A stretch of DNA of 64,000 nucleotides from Eledone cirrhosa (Eukaryota). Where the stretch lies: assembly GCA_964016885.1 (NCBI GenBank), contig OZ024744.1, positions 87,234,001-87,298,000 of the forward strand, given 5' to 3'. This document shows, one piece after another, positions 1 to 13,267 of this stretch. Positions within the stretch are counted from its first letter, which is position 1. Each line of letters begins with the position of its first letter. The notes under the pieces are model-generated. The model was not told where the DNA came from. It ran no database searches and was given only the letters and a program-made list of their open reading frames with translations. Made by a program: the position numbers and the translations under genes.

Positions 1-2
1 AA

Positions 3-153
3 CACATTGATACCTGTGCCGCCCAAAATCATCCCAACTTTAGAATCTTTCCCCCTCTACAAATTTAAGGATAATGCCACCCACACCCAGCGCATCTGCA
101 AGGAATCTCACTTTATTAACAAATACGGACCCCGTCTAAACACTTCTTCCTAA
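3..153 (+). pseudogene. C-terminal remnant of a GIY-YIG endonuclease, Penelope-like retroelement ORF end (frameshifted)
   Basis: Reads HIDTCAAQNHPNFRIFP / LYKFKDNATHTQRICKESHFINKYGPRLNTSS* with a +1 frameshift in the C5 run at 51-55. The R..KE..FI..Y.P.LN pattern matches the GIY-YIG C-terminus of PLEs. Confidence 0.65.
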
Positions 154-602
154 GACGAACCCACAACATACACACGTTGACATACATACTTACATCAGCA
201 TACATCCTACATACATGTCTATCCACATATAAACACAATGACATACGTAAACACATGTTCTATGGTGCAACACAAATATACACAAATTCGCATACCTTTT
301 GATGTTTATAGATATACACGTGCCGATGCGCACACATACACACACATGTATTGCACATTGATGGGTGCATACATATTTGTACACAAGTATCCCATACGGC
401 AGTGCCTAATGGATTCCCCTTGCAGTACGTGCAATCTGGACTCACACACGGCTTGTTGTTATGACAATACTATACATCATTTCACCTCTTTTATTATTGA
501 TATTATTGATGTTCTTTTGAGAGAATCGTTTGTTTTCGCAAATGACTGAAAATGTCGAATAATGTAAGCCATTTTTACCAGTATCACAAAATACTGGTCA
601 AT

Positions 603-659
<57 letters not shown>

Positions 660-1230
660 CATACGCACGCGTACACTAACATACATACCCCCCCCCCCAC
701 ACACACACACACATTTGTCTTAATAGAGACCTGAACTGTTGACTCTCAACATGACTGCAACTCAATCAAGCGGAAAAGGACACTCTTCGACAAACAAACA
801 TTTGGCGCGAAACCAGTTCGTGCTAAAATCAATTTAAACATTCACGTGACTTCTACCGACCAATCAAAATTGTTTTCGCTACAAGAATTTTTGCAACACG
901 AATTGGCGCGAAATTTATAGTGCTTATTCACAGACATTCAACAACCAACCAAATCTTAATACCTCCCAAGCCACTTTTTTCACATAAAACAGGAAGAATT
1001 TCCAAAACTGATCAGATTAGAGCAAAAATCACGAGCACTCTATCTGAAAATTATTTTTGAAAAGCATAAGAAATGCGCAACGGGTAAAAACTTAAAACTA
1101 AAACTGAATACTAACTAATACTTATTACTAATTTATACTTATTCCTAATTAAACTATTTTTCACTAGGAAAAATTTGTCAGCTTTTTCTTTTCCTTTTAT
1201 CAGAACTCGTGTATCACACCTCTATTAAAA

Positions 1231-1261
<31 letters not shown>

Positions 1262-1490
1262 TTATAAAATAACAGGAGGCCGGACTGGTGTAATTCCTTA
1301 AAGGTTTATTATGCTATGAACATTCCAATGACTGGGCTCAGTATGAATCCGGTTACATCATCAGGTATTCGAAATTTAACAAAGGAATATAATCCATGGG
1401 GCTGAAAAGGCAGAGAGACGAGAAGGCGGCCACACATTTAGTAGTTTCAAGTTCGGTCGGCCGCCTTCAAGTGCGTGTATAATTATACAC

Positions 1491-1554
<64 letters not shown>

Positions 1555-1609
1555 GTGCGCGCGTGTGTATGCGTGTGTGTGTGTGTGTGCGTGTGCGCGC
1601 GCGTGTGTA

Positions 1610-1689
<80 letters not shown>

Positions 1690-1691
<2 letters not shown>

Positions 1692-1863
1692 GGGTACAAT
1701 CGGGGGTAACCACAGTAAATAACGCACTCTCAATACATAACGGAGTATACATTTTTAACATAGAAATGTCTTTTACAGGACTAGAACTGTTTCATTCGAA
1801 GGAAATGACCCAGATGCTTTCCTTCAAATGAATCAGTTCTAGTCCTGTAGAAGTCATTTCTAT
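1690..1863 (-). mobile_element. Family B fold-back element, decayed copy
   Basis: Reverse-complement match to the tails of 40998-41196 and 54910-55095. Inverted arms acaggactagaactg / cagttctagtcctgt are retained; the HHR core is eroded. Confidence 0.75.
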
Positions 1864-2128
1864 ATTATTAATATACACACACACATATATATATAAATAA
1901 AATATAGAGTTAATAACTCATATAGATACCCTGCAATTAACAATCTCAAAGTATAAATACTGAGCATTATAATATTATTATGTGTAGAAGTAAACACAGT
2001 AAACCCGTGTCTAAAATTACGAGGGTAGATTACACCACAAATGTTATATATCATTCAACCTGAATCATATGGGATGTTACAAGATTTCTTACAAGATTTC
2101 TCATACATACCATATCAATAACCATTTC

Positions 2129-2220
2129 ATCTCTCGGACAGACTAAAGATTTAATCTGTTTCGCCCTGAATGAATCGTGCTTGTAACAAGTAATCCGTAG
2201 GCATTTCGTCAGCGAGAGAT
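2129..2220 (-). ncRNA. Type I hammerhead ribozyme with long stem II
   Basis: Minus strand: atctctcg CTGACGA aat gcct[..]gggc GAAA cagattaaa-tc-tttagtctg TC cgagagat. Perfect 8-bp stem I, 10-bp stem III, GUC triplet. Confidence 0.85.
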
Positions 2221-2380
2221 AAGACTAAATGTTGCACAACACCTATAACAATAAACTCACTAAAGTTTACACCTCGTGCGTTGAAAGTTACATGCGGTGC
2301 GAGTGGTTATGCTAGAAATAATAGCCTATTTACACTCATTTTTATAAGCTCAACAGATAAGAAGCAGAAATACAAATATG

Positions 2381-2466
<86 letters not shown>

Positions 2467-2503
2467 TATATATATACATATATATATATATATACACACA
2501 CAC

Positions 2504-2593
<90 letters not shown>

Positions 2594-2760
2594 AATTTAT
2601 ATCTAGTAACATTTATATACACACAGATGCATATCAATGCTAGCAAATATATAGGTTTTGTCTTATTAACAATGTGGTTCAATGCATGGGGTTGCAGAAC
2701 AATAATATGAGAGACGTAAAATAAGAAAATTATAAAATTAACTTACTTACTAAAAAATCA

Positions 2761-2841
2761 CTTCCAACTAATTAGTTTCTGGAATGGAGTAAATATATTT
2801 TCCGAAGAAACACATAGAAAATCATTCCGTCATCAGGAAAG
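2761..2841 (-). ncRNA. Type I hammerhead ribozyme with long stem II
   Basis: Minus strand: ctttc CTGATGA c ggaatg[..c-ttcg-g..]cattcc a GAAA ctaattag TT ggaag. Palindromic stem III. Confidence 0.75.
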
Positions 2842-3137
2842 TCTTTTTCCGTATAGGTCTCCAGGCATAGCGAGGACACTGGAAACTTATTAAAAAAATA
2901 ATTCAGTGGAATGGAAATAGCAAAGCGTGGACTGAATTCCAAGCCATTGAGAAAATCACTGCCTCTACGTCTGTGGCAAATTCAAAAAGAATCAATCACG
3001 TGACATCGAGGTCAATCAGTGGAAAGCGAGTGGTTATTAAGACAGCGGCCAGCTTACTACCATAGTAGCAGTCATGGCCAAATATTGCTCGACAAATGAA
3101 TTGGAGATAATATATATGTATATATATATATATATAA

Positions 3138-3265
<128 letters not shown>

Positions 3266-3425
3266 TTGTTTTGCAAGTTGTTTCATATGAAATCGTGTGT
3301 CGAAACAAATATGGAGATAAAAACGATACAGAAGCGAAAACCAACCAAACAGTGAGTGTGTTCTGTTATTATTTCTGATTTATGGCAATATTATTATAAC
3401 AATATGACCTTCCCCAAGTATAACA

Positions 3426-3578
<153 letters not shown>

Positions 3579-3600
3579 TACAGTATATATATATATATGT

Positions 3601-3686
3601 ATAATGAAATAAATATGGTTTTATAAATATAGTTTCCATTTGTTAATATCGTATATATACATATATTTAATATATATATTTAATAG

Positions 3687-3753
<67 letters not shown>

Positions 3754-3985
3754 TCTATTAAATATATATATTAAATATATGTATATATATATATATATAT
3801 ACGATATTAACAAATGGGAACTATATTTATATAACCATATTTATTTCATTGTACATATTTCAAGGACACCAAGTTAAATTATGGTGTGCTTTCATCAGAT
3901 AAAATATAATATAGAGCAATTTTATAGATAAATATTGACATACCCTTAAAGAATGCAACCATTACTGTTGGAAGCTCCCGGGAGC
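3601..3985. mobile_element. Family A PLE-like termini in tail-to-tail arrangement, with HHR at 3842-3906 (-)
   Basis: Matches 47106-47378 and 61820-62252. HHR tattttat CTGATGA..GAAA tatgtac a atgaaata has U16.1 changed to C. Confidence 0.75.
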
Positions 3986-4057
3986 TATATATATATATAT
4001 ATATATATATATTTTATATATATATATATACTGTATATATGTGTATATATATATATA

Positions 4058-4150
<93 letters not shown>

Positions 4151-4221
4151 CACTGTTATACGAATTCAAATTACATCATTAATGATGTTGTAATTTGAAT
4201 TCGTAAACGCTGAGCATATTT

Positions 4222-4340
4222 TTAACAGTCCTTCTGATGATCTGGTTAAGCTAACAACGTATTTAAATTGAGTGGCACAGCTTCAAGTGTTCAGCAATTT
4301 TTAGACAACTTAATCAGTGAAACAATTGTTTGACTGTTAA
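4222..4340 (+). ncRNA. Type I hammerhead ribozyme with long stem II
   Basis: ttaacagtc ctt CTGATGA t ctggttaag[..]cttaatcag t GAAA caattg TT t gactgttaa. 9-bp outer stem I, 9-bp stem II base, palindromic stem III; the core-proximal part of stem I is imperfect. Confidence 0.65.
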
Positions 4341-5453
4341 TAAAACCCTTTTCTGTACTGTTGACCATGTTATTCTTCACTCTTTCAATATTATTACTCC
4401 AAGATAAACTTTAAACTTTAAACTCAGTTTAAATATCTACCTACCTATTTATCTATCTATCTATATTGTTATTAGCATCGTGTGATCCCCAGTGAAATCA
4501 ACATACAATAGAAAGAAGACTTGCGATAAACATTTACCCGTGACTATCGATCCCAAATTAAAATATTAGGTCGTTGTGCGTAAGACTACATCACCCACTA
4601 TGTCCTTCTGTTTTTCTCTGTATATAAGACGTCCTGAAGGTTGTTTGGTTGCTATTTCTATCAGGATTTATTTTTTGTATATTTATATTACACTTTAATA
4701 TTGTTTTGTCAACCTTCTATTCATAATGTGGCTTCTGCTGAAATCTTTTCATGTGTTATGTAGTGATTCATTATCTATAATTTATTTCCTGTTGAACAAA
4801 TGTATTGAATAATTTTATTGATGCAAATTTTCATAATTATTTACAAATAAGAATGGAAACAAAAAAAATATTGGGGGTGGATATGAAGAAAAATATTTAC
4901 AGTTGGGGAGCGAAATAGGCAAACTCTACACTCTTCGCTGGACGGTACAAGCCGTGCCCTGCTGATAAGATAGTAAAAGCATTACCGCGGAGAACAGCCG
5001 GCGATACCCAATGCATCAGCCATCTCACCACATATTGCTGTGATTTTGTTTTCTTTTTTTTTTGTTTGACACTGAATCAATTCCGACATGATAATATTTT
5101 TTTTTTTCCCCAGCAGTAATCCTAAAGCCAATCTCTAATGCGCCCTTCATTATACAACGTGGTAATATATGAATTGGGCGAGGGGATGTGATGTTCACCG
5201 GTTATATGTATCATGCCGAAGAATCACGTAGAAGTACTTTCTTTAGCTTGCCTGACTCTTTCCATATTTGGGAAAGATATGTGCTTGAAACGTTTATTTG
5301 TAAATCAGACACATGCAACAATTCGTAATATATTTTCATTCTGCCCCGTGGCTGTGTTATCTGTAATTAGTTAACCATTTGCAAGCATTCTTCTTTTAAA
5401 GAGATTTTGTAATTTCTTGTGAATAAAGTCAATATATATAAGTCAATATATAT

Positions 5454-5653
5454 AAAGGAAATATATTACTTCTTTAAAGATTGGTGAAAAGTCGGTCTTT
5501 CTGAATATAAGGGATTTGTTTAAAGTCAATGTCTCCCTATTTTCATGTGAGTAATGTCACATGAAAATAGGGAGACATTGATTTTAAACAAATCCCTTAT
5601 ATTCAGAAAGACAGACTTTTCACCAATCTTTAAAGAAGTAATATATTTCCTTT
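5454..5653. repeat. Near-perfect long inverted repeat (97-bp arms, 6-nt spacer)
   Basis: 5454-5550 is the reverse complement of 5557-5653 with about 2 mismatches. Confidence 0.9.
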
Positions 5654-5906
5654 TCACCTGCCATACCATTCATATTATTATTATTATTTTTTTTTTTTTT
5701 CAAGGACATGCGAAACAATTTCATTCTTGGATGGTGCTCATTGCAGAATGAGCAACCACTATCCAAAGTAAACTATCCAAAGTAAAAGAGGCAGGCGAAA
5801 TATTCTGCGAATCCATCCAAAGCAACCTCGACTCACTCAACAAAAAAACAAAAAACAAAAAGAAAAACAACTCTCCAACACTTTCTTAATGATAAGACAA
5901 AGATCT

Positions 5907-6270
5907 GTATGGAAGATAATACTCTTAATAACTGTATTCATATGGATATTGTCTCCAAACTTTGGCATTGAGAGCTGGACCAACCCCCGAACAGGACGTC
6001 ACTGTGTGGTGTCAAAAGTCCCGTCTTCCACATCTAGAATAAGGAGAGCAGATATTTCAATAGCCTGGGCTCCAAAGGCCCTCAAATCTTTAACAAGCTG
6101 CCAAGGAATTTGAGAGATATGCAAGGTGTGGACTTGAATGTTTTCAAGAAACATCTCGACACCCTGCTATCCAGGATCCCGGATGGGCCCATATCACGGT
6201 ACGAAGGTAACCTAAAGGCAGCAGCAATGAACTCCCTGTTACACTAATGGCCAGCCATTAGTGTAAGAGG
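5907..6270 (+). mobile_element. CR1-group LINE 3' fragment (ORF2 C-terminus)
   Basis: VWKII..PNFGIESWTNPRTGRHC / FNSLGSKGPQIFNKLPRNLRDMQGVDLNVFKKHLDTLLSRIPD: the FN.LP...FK..LD..L motif of CR1-group LINEs. Confidence 0.75.
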
Positions 6271-6495
6271 GAGTGTAATGGCCGTAACTCTATGCTGCAA
6301 AGCATGATGTCCGACCCTCTACCGATACCGCCAATCCACCACCCTGTAAAAATAATAATAATAACTGTTGTGACTGTACGTCCCTCCTCTACTTGTAATA
6401 GTCATAGATGGCTATCGCCGTCACCACCTTCATGGGACTTTTCCTCATTGATATTTTTGTTAAGTGTTGCGTTTGGTGTTTCTTTTTAAACGTTA

Positions 6496-6662
6496 TAATT
6501 GTTTCTACTTTTGTTTCAATCCAGCAATTATCCCAGTGTATTACTGGTGCTTTATTTTATCGACTCCGTAAGGACGAAAGGCAAAGTTAACCTCGGCGGG
6601 ATTTCAACTCAGACCATAAAGGGTCGTAATTCTTTGCAGCAAAGCATGGCGTCCGACCCTCT
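6496..6662 (-). mobile_element. tRNA-derived SINE (Nin/Deu-like central domain)
   Basis: Reverse complement of the family seen at 14251-14432; a head fragment also lies at 6283-6344. Confidence 0.8.
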
Positions 6663-6740
6663 AAACCTCACATTGTCTTGCATCCCGTCTTTCGTAAAGT
6701 CTCCAGCATATTTCGACTTCTGTGTCTAACAAAGAAAAGC

Positions 6741-6862
6741 ACATCATCGTCGTTATCATCATGATCATCATGATGATCATCATCAGCAGCATCATCATCA
6801 TCACAACCACCACCACCACCACCATCATCATGATCATCATCATCATTGCCACCACCACCACC

Positions 6863-6896
<34 letters not shown>

Positions 6897-6919
6897 TCAT
6901 CATCATTGCCACCACCACC

Positions 6920-6968
<49 letters not shown>

Positions 6969-7005
6969 CCGCTACCACCATCACCACCATCACCACCATC
7001 ACCAT

Positions 7006-7037
<32 letters not shown>

Positions 7038-7069
7038 CCATCACCATCATCACCATCATCACCATCATT

Positions 7070-7158
<89 letters not shown>

Positions 7159-7245
7159 TATCTTCATGACCCCCACCACCACCACCACCGTCATCATCAC
7201 CACTACCACCATCACTATCATCATCATCGTTATGACCACCATCAA
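6741..7245. repeat. (CAT)n/(CAC)n compound triplet microsatellite
   Basis: Direct reading. Confidence 0.95.
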
Positions 7246-7513
7246 AATAAACACCTCCATCCGATACCTTATGTTACTCTTGGATGGACATTAATAAATT
7301 GTAGAGATACGAAATCAAACACACACCAGAATTGGTAAGAGATTTGCTTATGGCTACAAATGCTGTTCAGCCATTTCGGTGTCATAATGGTCTCCAATGA
7401 CATCCAGTTAACCAGTGGAGACTAAATGTAAGTTAGGGGGAAAGTCTGAAGGTTTCCATGCTACTTGTGTGGAAGCATCGAACATTTAAAAAAAACGGCT
7501 TTCTGTTTTCAAG

Positions 7514-7645
7514 TGTGAGTGGACTTGGATGTTTTCAAGAAGCATCTCGACACCCTGATATCTAGGATCCCGGATGAGCCCACAACACGGTACGAAGGTA
7601 ACCTAAGGGCAGCAGCAACATTGAACTCCAATGGCCAGCCAACAC
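7514..7645 (+). mobile_element. Second CR1-group LINE 3' fragment
   Basis: DLDVFKKHLDTLISRIPDEPTTRYEGNLRAAA, near-identical to 6126-6255. Confidence 0.75.
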
Positions 7646-8999
7646 AGGCCGGAGATAGAATGTGTAGAAGCATGGGCGGTGAAACCACCCTTTCTGATAA
7701 ACCCTCGTCCGCATCAAGGTCACCAGCAACAGGCAAAAACAGCAACAAATGGAAAACATCAACATTATAAACGTGACAGAGAAAGCCAAAGCCATCATAT
7801 CCACTGTCAAGTGACACCTCACATGATAAGCCCGTACAGCGTCAACACAAACAAACACACATGTACAAATCAATCTCCAATTCCCACTCCTGGCTTTTCT
7901 CGTCAAATAAAGATGGGCAAAAGGAGAAAGCCTAAATATGGCTGATCGTATTAGGTACCAAGCAAAAACCACACACACACACTCACACACAGCTATCGCC
8001 CCAATACAAAGAATAACAAAAGAAAAGTATATAGTATAACAAGGGGAAAGTATAAAACACCGAACAATTTGCAACTCAATCAGCCACAACAACACCAAGA
8101 ATAAAAAAAAAAAAAAGAGAAAAAAGAAGAAATACAAAAACCCATAATCACCACAGTAGCCAAGCAGGCAACTACAGCAACAACAACAATAAGAAGACAT
8201 ATAAACCCAACAAACAACAGCAGCCATATCCACAGCTACCCAAGCAACAACAGGAAAATTCACAAATATCAAATTTCACACTAGCGACAAACAAGCGTGC
8301 TGGAAGCTTTCATACCACAATATAGAAACATTCAAATGGAGGGGAGAGGTATGAGGATAACACTTTAAACCCCTATCAAACACACAGTTAATCAGAACGC
8401 CCCTAAGATTGTACACCACCGAGAAGACAAGTACGTTTACTGTCAAAAAATTATAGTGCTCAGTGCAAGACGCGCCGGCTTGCATGCGAAAATCATAGAA
8501 TGAGGGATATTGTTTCCCGCGCAGGTTTCCCTAAGATTGTACAGCAATGGTAATACCAGTTCCCTTTCAACTAGACAGTGCCGAATTCAGAATAAAATGC
8601 ACAAATTTATGTGACATGAGGTCACTTTGGGAGCAAAGCCATTTACACAATGATCTAAGTAAGGTCACCGTATATAGATGTGGTAGTCACCAGCGAGACC
8701 AGTATGTCCAGGACGTATTTACTTGCTTCCATTTTCAAAGAATAGAAAATTTATGTATCATTTAGGCGGCCTGATTCCGGAACGGAATAACCGTGTTGTT
8801 TGGGAAAGGTGTAGATCCCGACATACACACTGATAAATTAGACTCGGTGTGTACGTCAGTGGTGCTAGACGTGAGCAGCAGCAAAGGTTGTGTCTTTACA
8901 CTAGTACAGTCTAAGCTCCAGCCTGGGCAGAACGGCCGCCTTTCTTCAGGCGCTCACAACGTTTCCTGAAAGTTTCACGCTTTTTATAATAATATTAAT

Positions 9000-9185
9000 G
9001 GTTTCTGATTCAGACACTAGGGTAACAATTTTTTTGTAGTGGGGAGCCGATTAAATCGTGTGTTACTGGTACTTTGTTTTATCGACCCCATAAGGATGAA
9101 ATTCAAAGCTAAACTCGGTGGGATTTGAACTCAGGGTGTAAAGGGCAGTATCTCTATGCCACGAAGCAAGTTGTCCGACACTCTA
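9000..9185 (-). mobile_element. tRNA-derived SINE
   Basis: tactggtactttgttttatcgaccccataaggatgaaa...ggatttgaactc (reverse B box). Confidence 0.75.
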
Positions 9186-10462
9186 TATAATAATAATAAG
9201 GACGTAGATCACGGTGACATTCGTCAACAACCGGTTATGAGGCGTGTGAAGAAGGTGATCAGAGTTGACTCGATAACGTTTTGGAAAGAAGTAGCTATAG
9301 ATAAAAAATATATTAGAGGGAAGCCACCAAGCAATTTAGAAGACGGGATTAGGAAAGACATTACGACCAATGTGCTAGCAGTGAGAATAGCCTGCAAATA
9401 TTGCTTCAATGGGAAATACAAAGGCCGTGATATTATAACTCTGGTACCTGTCCTAAAATACAAGGAAACGTAAACCGATCGTTAAACCCAAGTTGTGGAT
9501 GCACAACATATCACCCAAGCAACAATTCCATCATCGACTGGTTGGGATCGGAGAGAAATTCAACACCGATACATGCAGCTTTCCAGCCACATTATACTTA
9601 TTTGTTCTGATCGAGTGACATGGTGGGCTTTTTTGCACATTTCGGCGGCCTCACGCGACTTTTGACCTAGGTAGTCACAAAGCGTTTGGCGCTTGTCGTC
9701 GGTAGTTTGGTCAGGGAGGCACAGAACTGTGTGCCCCCGAATAGATCTATCCATGACAAACACCACCTCATGCAATACATTTTAGAGAAAGTGGATCTAC
9801 CTCCGATAGGTCTGCCTCCGATAGGTCGCTCATAAATTTGGATCAATTGAAATCTTTCGATACGGTCTACTGTCGCTACTGGGATAATTAGTTTTAATTC
9901 AGTTTGCAGAGGGCAGACTGCAGCAATGCAAAACGGTATTTGTTCGCTCATCAGCAAAGGATATCCATTTTCATATTTACTCTACCTGTGCTGATTGCTT
10001 TGCCAATACAGCTGGAGAGAAAGCTATAGCGAGGCATCCTTTTTCAATTGGAACGTGAGGTAAACTTGTCGGCATATGTGGATGGTGTGCTCTAATGGCG
10101 ACGGACACCACAGAAGTGGGGTAGTTGTAGCGTCCTAAATGAATACATGGAAAAAGGATCAAACTAAACAAATCGTGGGCTTGTGGCATGACACACGAAG
10201 AAACATATTCATACACTCGGACACTCGTGCTGTGCGGGACTGACGGACGAGTTACGCTGCATACAAAAACAGGATGCGTGGCAACTGGAATATGTTTAGG
10301 TACTCAAATCCTACGTGCCGAGCAAAACGATCGGTAGAATTTCCACGTTATGTATCTATAGAAGACCAGTTATCGTGAAGAACTGGCTGGCCTGTTCCCG
10401 TTGACATTCGGTTTAGAGGCTACTGTTAACCTCCAGATATCGCTAGTGGGATCCTGACAATA

Positions 10463-10679
10463 TTGGTTTCTGATTTAGGTACAAATTCAAACATATTAGA
10501 GGTGGGGAATGTTGATTAAATCACCCCTAGTACATTACTGATACTTTATTTTATCGACCGCTTAAGGATGAACGGCAAAGCTAACCACGGCTGGATTTTA
10601 ACTCACAAATAAAGGGATGTAACTCTATGACATAAAACATGTTGTCCGGTGCTCTACCGATACTGCCAATCCACCGCAC
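10463..10679 (-). mobile_element. tRNA-derived SINE
   Basis: Same family; ends in ctaccgatactgccaatccacc (reverse A box). Confidence 0.8.
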
Positions 10680-11054
10680 TGACAATATCGCATGCTTAGT
10701 ATATACTCTACAGAAACAAATGTGAAGTTAGATAAGCTTGTCCAAAATGGTTGACGAGCGAATAAAAAGTTCTTAGAAGCATTCGTTCAATGTCCGAATA
10801 TTGTCATCTTATAAAGTTATACCGAACAACTAATTTCGCTTGTGGAACGGACCCGGCTGCCTATCGAGTCCATCGTGAACGCCGCCTTATCGTAGACCTT
10901 CAACTCGTTAAGTCAGGTAGTTTTAATCTGTCTTCTTTCTTTGGTGAAAGAGGTTGTGTAGTGCACCTAACTGAACAGATTGAAGACAAACCTGTTCATT
11001 TTCAGTCAAACCTTGTAGTATCTAATGCATGTTTCATTCGTACAGCATCTAGTT

Positions 11055-11437
11055 CAGAGGTTCTTAAACTTTCGGGGCCATCCCCACCCTCACGGCCACG
11101 TAATACCCTCATAACCCCAACCCTATTTCCAGAAAGACCTGCCTATACGTAAATTGTAAATTATATACAATGAATAAAATCGTTAATTTATATTGGGTCG
11201 ACAAGATGAAATTTCTAGAAATTTGTAGAAAAAAAAAGAAATTTCTACAAATTTCATACTTGACGACCCAATATATACTATGTATAAATAAATAAATATT
11301 TTTTATTTATACATATTATTTATATATAATATGTATCATTTGTTATTTAATATATTATTATATCATCTCTACCCAGCGCCCCCTGGACTTTCTCAACGCC
11401 ACTAGTGGGATGGTAACGCCCACTTTGAGAACCTCTG
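11055..11437. mobile_element. hAT (Charlie-like) MITE with a nested mariner-type mini-element at 11191-11273
   Basis: TIRs cagaggttcttaaa / tttgagaacctctg; 8-bp flanks atctagtt / ttctactt (6/8 match). Nested tattgggtcg..cgacccaata is flanked by TA. Confidence 0.75.
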
Positions 11438-11589
11438 TTCTACTTCATTGATTCGTACGTCTTTGTATTTCTGTGTCTAATTTGTATGTCAGTGTCTTTA
11501 TAACAATACTAATTTTAACTACTTTTTCTCTCTTCAATGTCCCATTGACACCTTTAAAATATCCAAATCTATTATAAGTTCATCTTGTA

Positions 11590-11960
11590 ATTCCATGCAC
11601 TGTCAGGAATATCAAGATCCCTTGTCTTGAACAGCTTCAAATCATCCATATATACAAAAGATAGTTGATTTTCTTAACAGCATTTCTATCGAAGTTCAGT
11701 TAATTTTAACGTCTCGGTTAAGGGTTTAGGCGTCATAGAGGTGGCGGTAGAGAGATACAGCCCCTTTGAAATATTCTCCTGTTAATTGAGGCTGATTTAG
11801 TCAGTATGAAGCGAATTGTTTGCCTTTAACCTGTGACATGTTTCGGGTATTTTCTTATGATTGATGCTAACTTACCCATGGTTGGTCTCTCCAAGATCTA
11901 CATGGGAAATACTGTCAAAAGCCTTCAGAGAGTTAATCCACTCCATGCTGAGGTAGTTTA
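11590..11960 (-). pseudogene. Decayed reverse transcriptase fragment, R4/Dong-like non-LTR retrotransposon
   Basis: Minus-strand motifs NLSMEWINSLKAFDSISH, IFQ.G and INYLL/YMDDLKLF (YMDD at 11641-11652), interrupted by frameshifts. Confidence 0.7.
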
Positions 11961-12179
11961 CCCTATCTGCAATCTTATTTATTGATCTTTAATTGATTTT
12001 CACAACCATATGAATTTTTGCAGCGTCGTCTATGCTAATCAGGAAACGGCTGTTTTCTATTTCAGGCACTTGTTTAGTCTCTGTGTAATGGTGGGGTGGA
12101 ATGTTTGATTCACTTCAGATTAACCCTGATCGAGTAGTACTATGATAAAAGGCGTTTCCAGTTGTAACCATGTAGTATG

Positions 12180-12493
12180 TTTTCTATGCCCAGGGAACAC
12201 GGGACAACAGACAAAGTGTCCGTTCGGACAGAGATTTTATAGTTTAAGATTTGTTGTTTGTGGTCTATGACTGGGAGGCAGTTCCATAGAACTTGAGGTG
12301 TTGTAGTTATAGTGTCGGGTATCTAGTATTGTCGGGTATACAGTATTTTTTCTATGCCCATGGAACACAGGAAAACAGACAAAGTGTCCTTTTGGACAGT
12401 GATTTTATAGTTTAAGATTTGTTGTTTGTGCTATATGAATGGGAGGCAGTTCCATAGAACTTGAGGTGTTGTAGTTATAGTGTCGGGTATCTA
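12180..12493. repeat. ~145-bp direct duplication (12180-12325 and 12348-12493)
   Basis: tttctatgccc..gtgtcgggtatcta occurs twice with few substitutions. Confidence 0.85.
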
Positions 12494-13231
12494 AGAGTAT
12501 ATGTTGTATAAGTTGTATTATATGTTTGGTAGTAATTATATATACTGTATTGATTGTTTGGAGAACGTGTATGTTTTGGGGTGTGTCTTTGAAATGAAAG
12601 TGTCTTACATAGGATGTCGGCTTTCTTTTACGCTTTGTGTAAGGTTATAAGCCATTGAATATTTAGTATATTTTTGTTCATATTTTTAAATTTCACTTCT
12701 AAACATAAATCGATTCAAAAGACATTGATGTCACACAACATATCTCCATTTATTAAGCCAGTTAAATTATCTACAATATTTTTTTTCTCTGGTTGACTTG
12801 ATCGTTTACTTCAACAACAATCGTTGTCGAGTAAATGAAGGTGCTTCAACATGTAAAAATAGAAGTTAAATATCTTTTAAATAAGGGAGATCATATTTAA
12901 TATCGGAGACCTAATTAACATCAACGTAGAACAAAACAATGCATATTATTATACGAGTCTTTATTAAACACAAATAAATAAAAATTAAAATATATTAGAA
13001 TTGCGGTAGACAGAGTATCTCCCCGATCATGTATGTTTCAAATTCCATCCATCCAAAGTAGCGTCTCATTTAGAATTCACGTAAGAGCTACATATTAATG
13101 CCATAGAAAATGTATACTTCAATATTTATTTTCATGCGAGAGATGCTAGACTTTGCTGCAAGACCAGAAGATAACGATACAGTACAATGAAGAAATATAT
13201 TTGTGTGAAGCTTAAAATAATAGCAAAAGTG

Positions 13232-13267
13232 TCTTAACGTTTCAGAAACTAGTCCTTCCTCAGAAGA
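13232..13267 (-). ncRNA. Minimal type I hammerhead ribozyme (family F)
   Basis: tctt CTGAGGA aggac-tagt-ttct GAAA cg TT aaga. Confidence 0.6.

Noticed and set aside
1280-1372. CTGATGA on the minus strand as an HHR
   Set aside because: No correctly placed GAAA or stem III. The same applies to isolated cores near 8944, 9948, 39271, 46995, 52049 and 60068.
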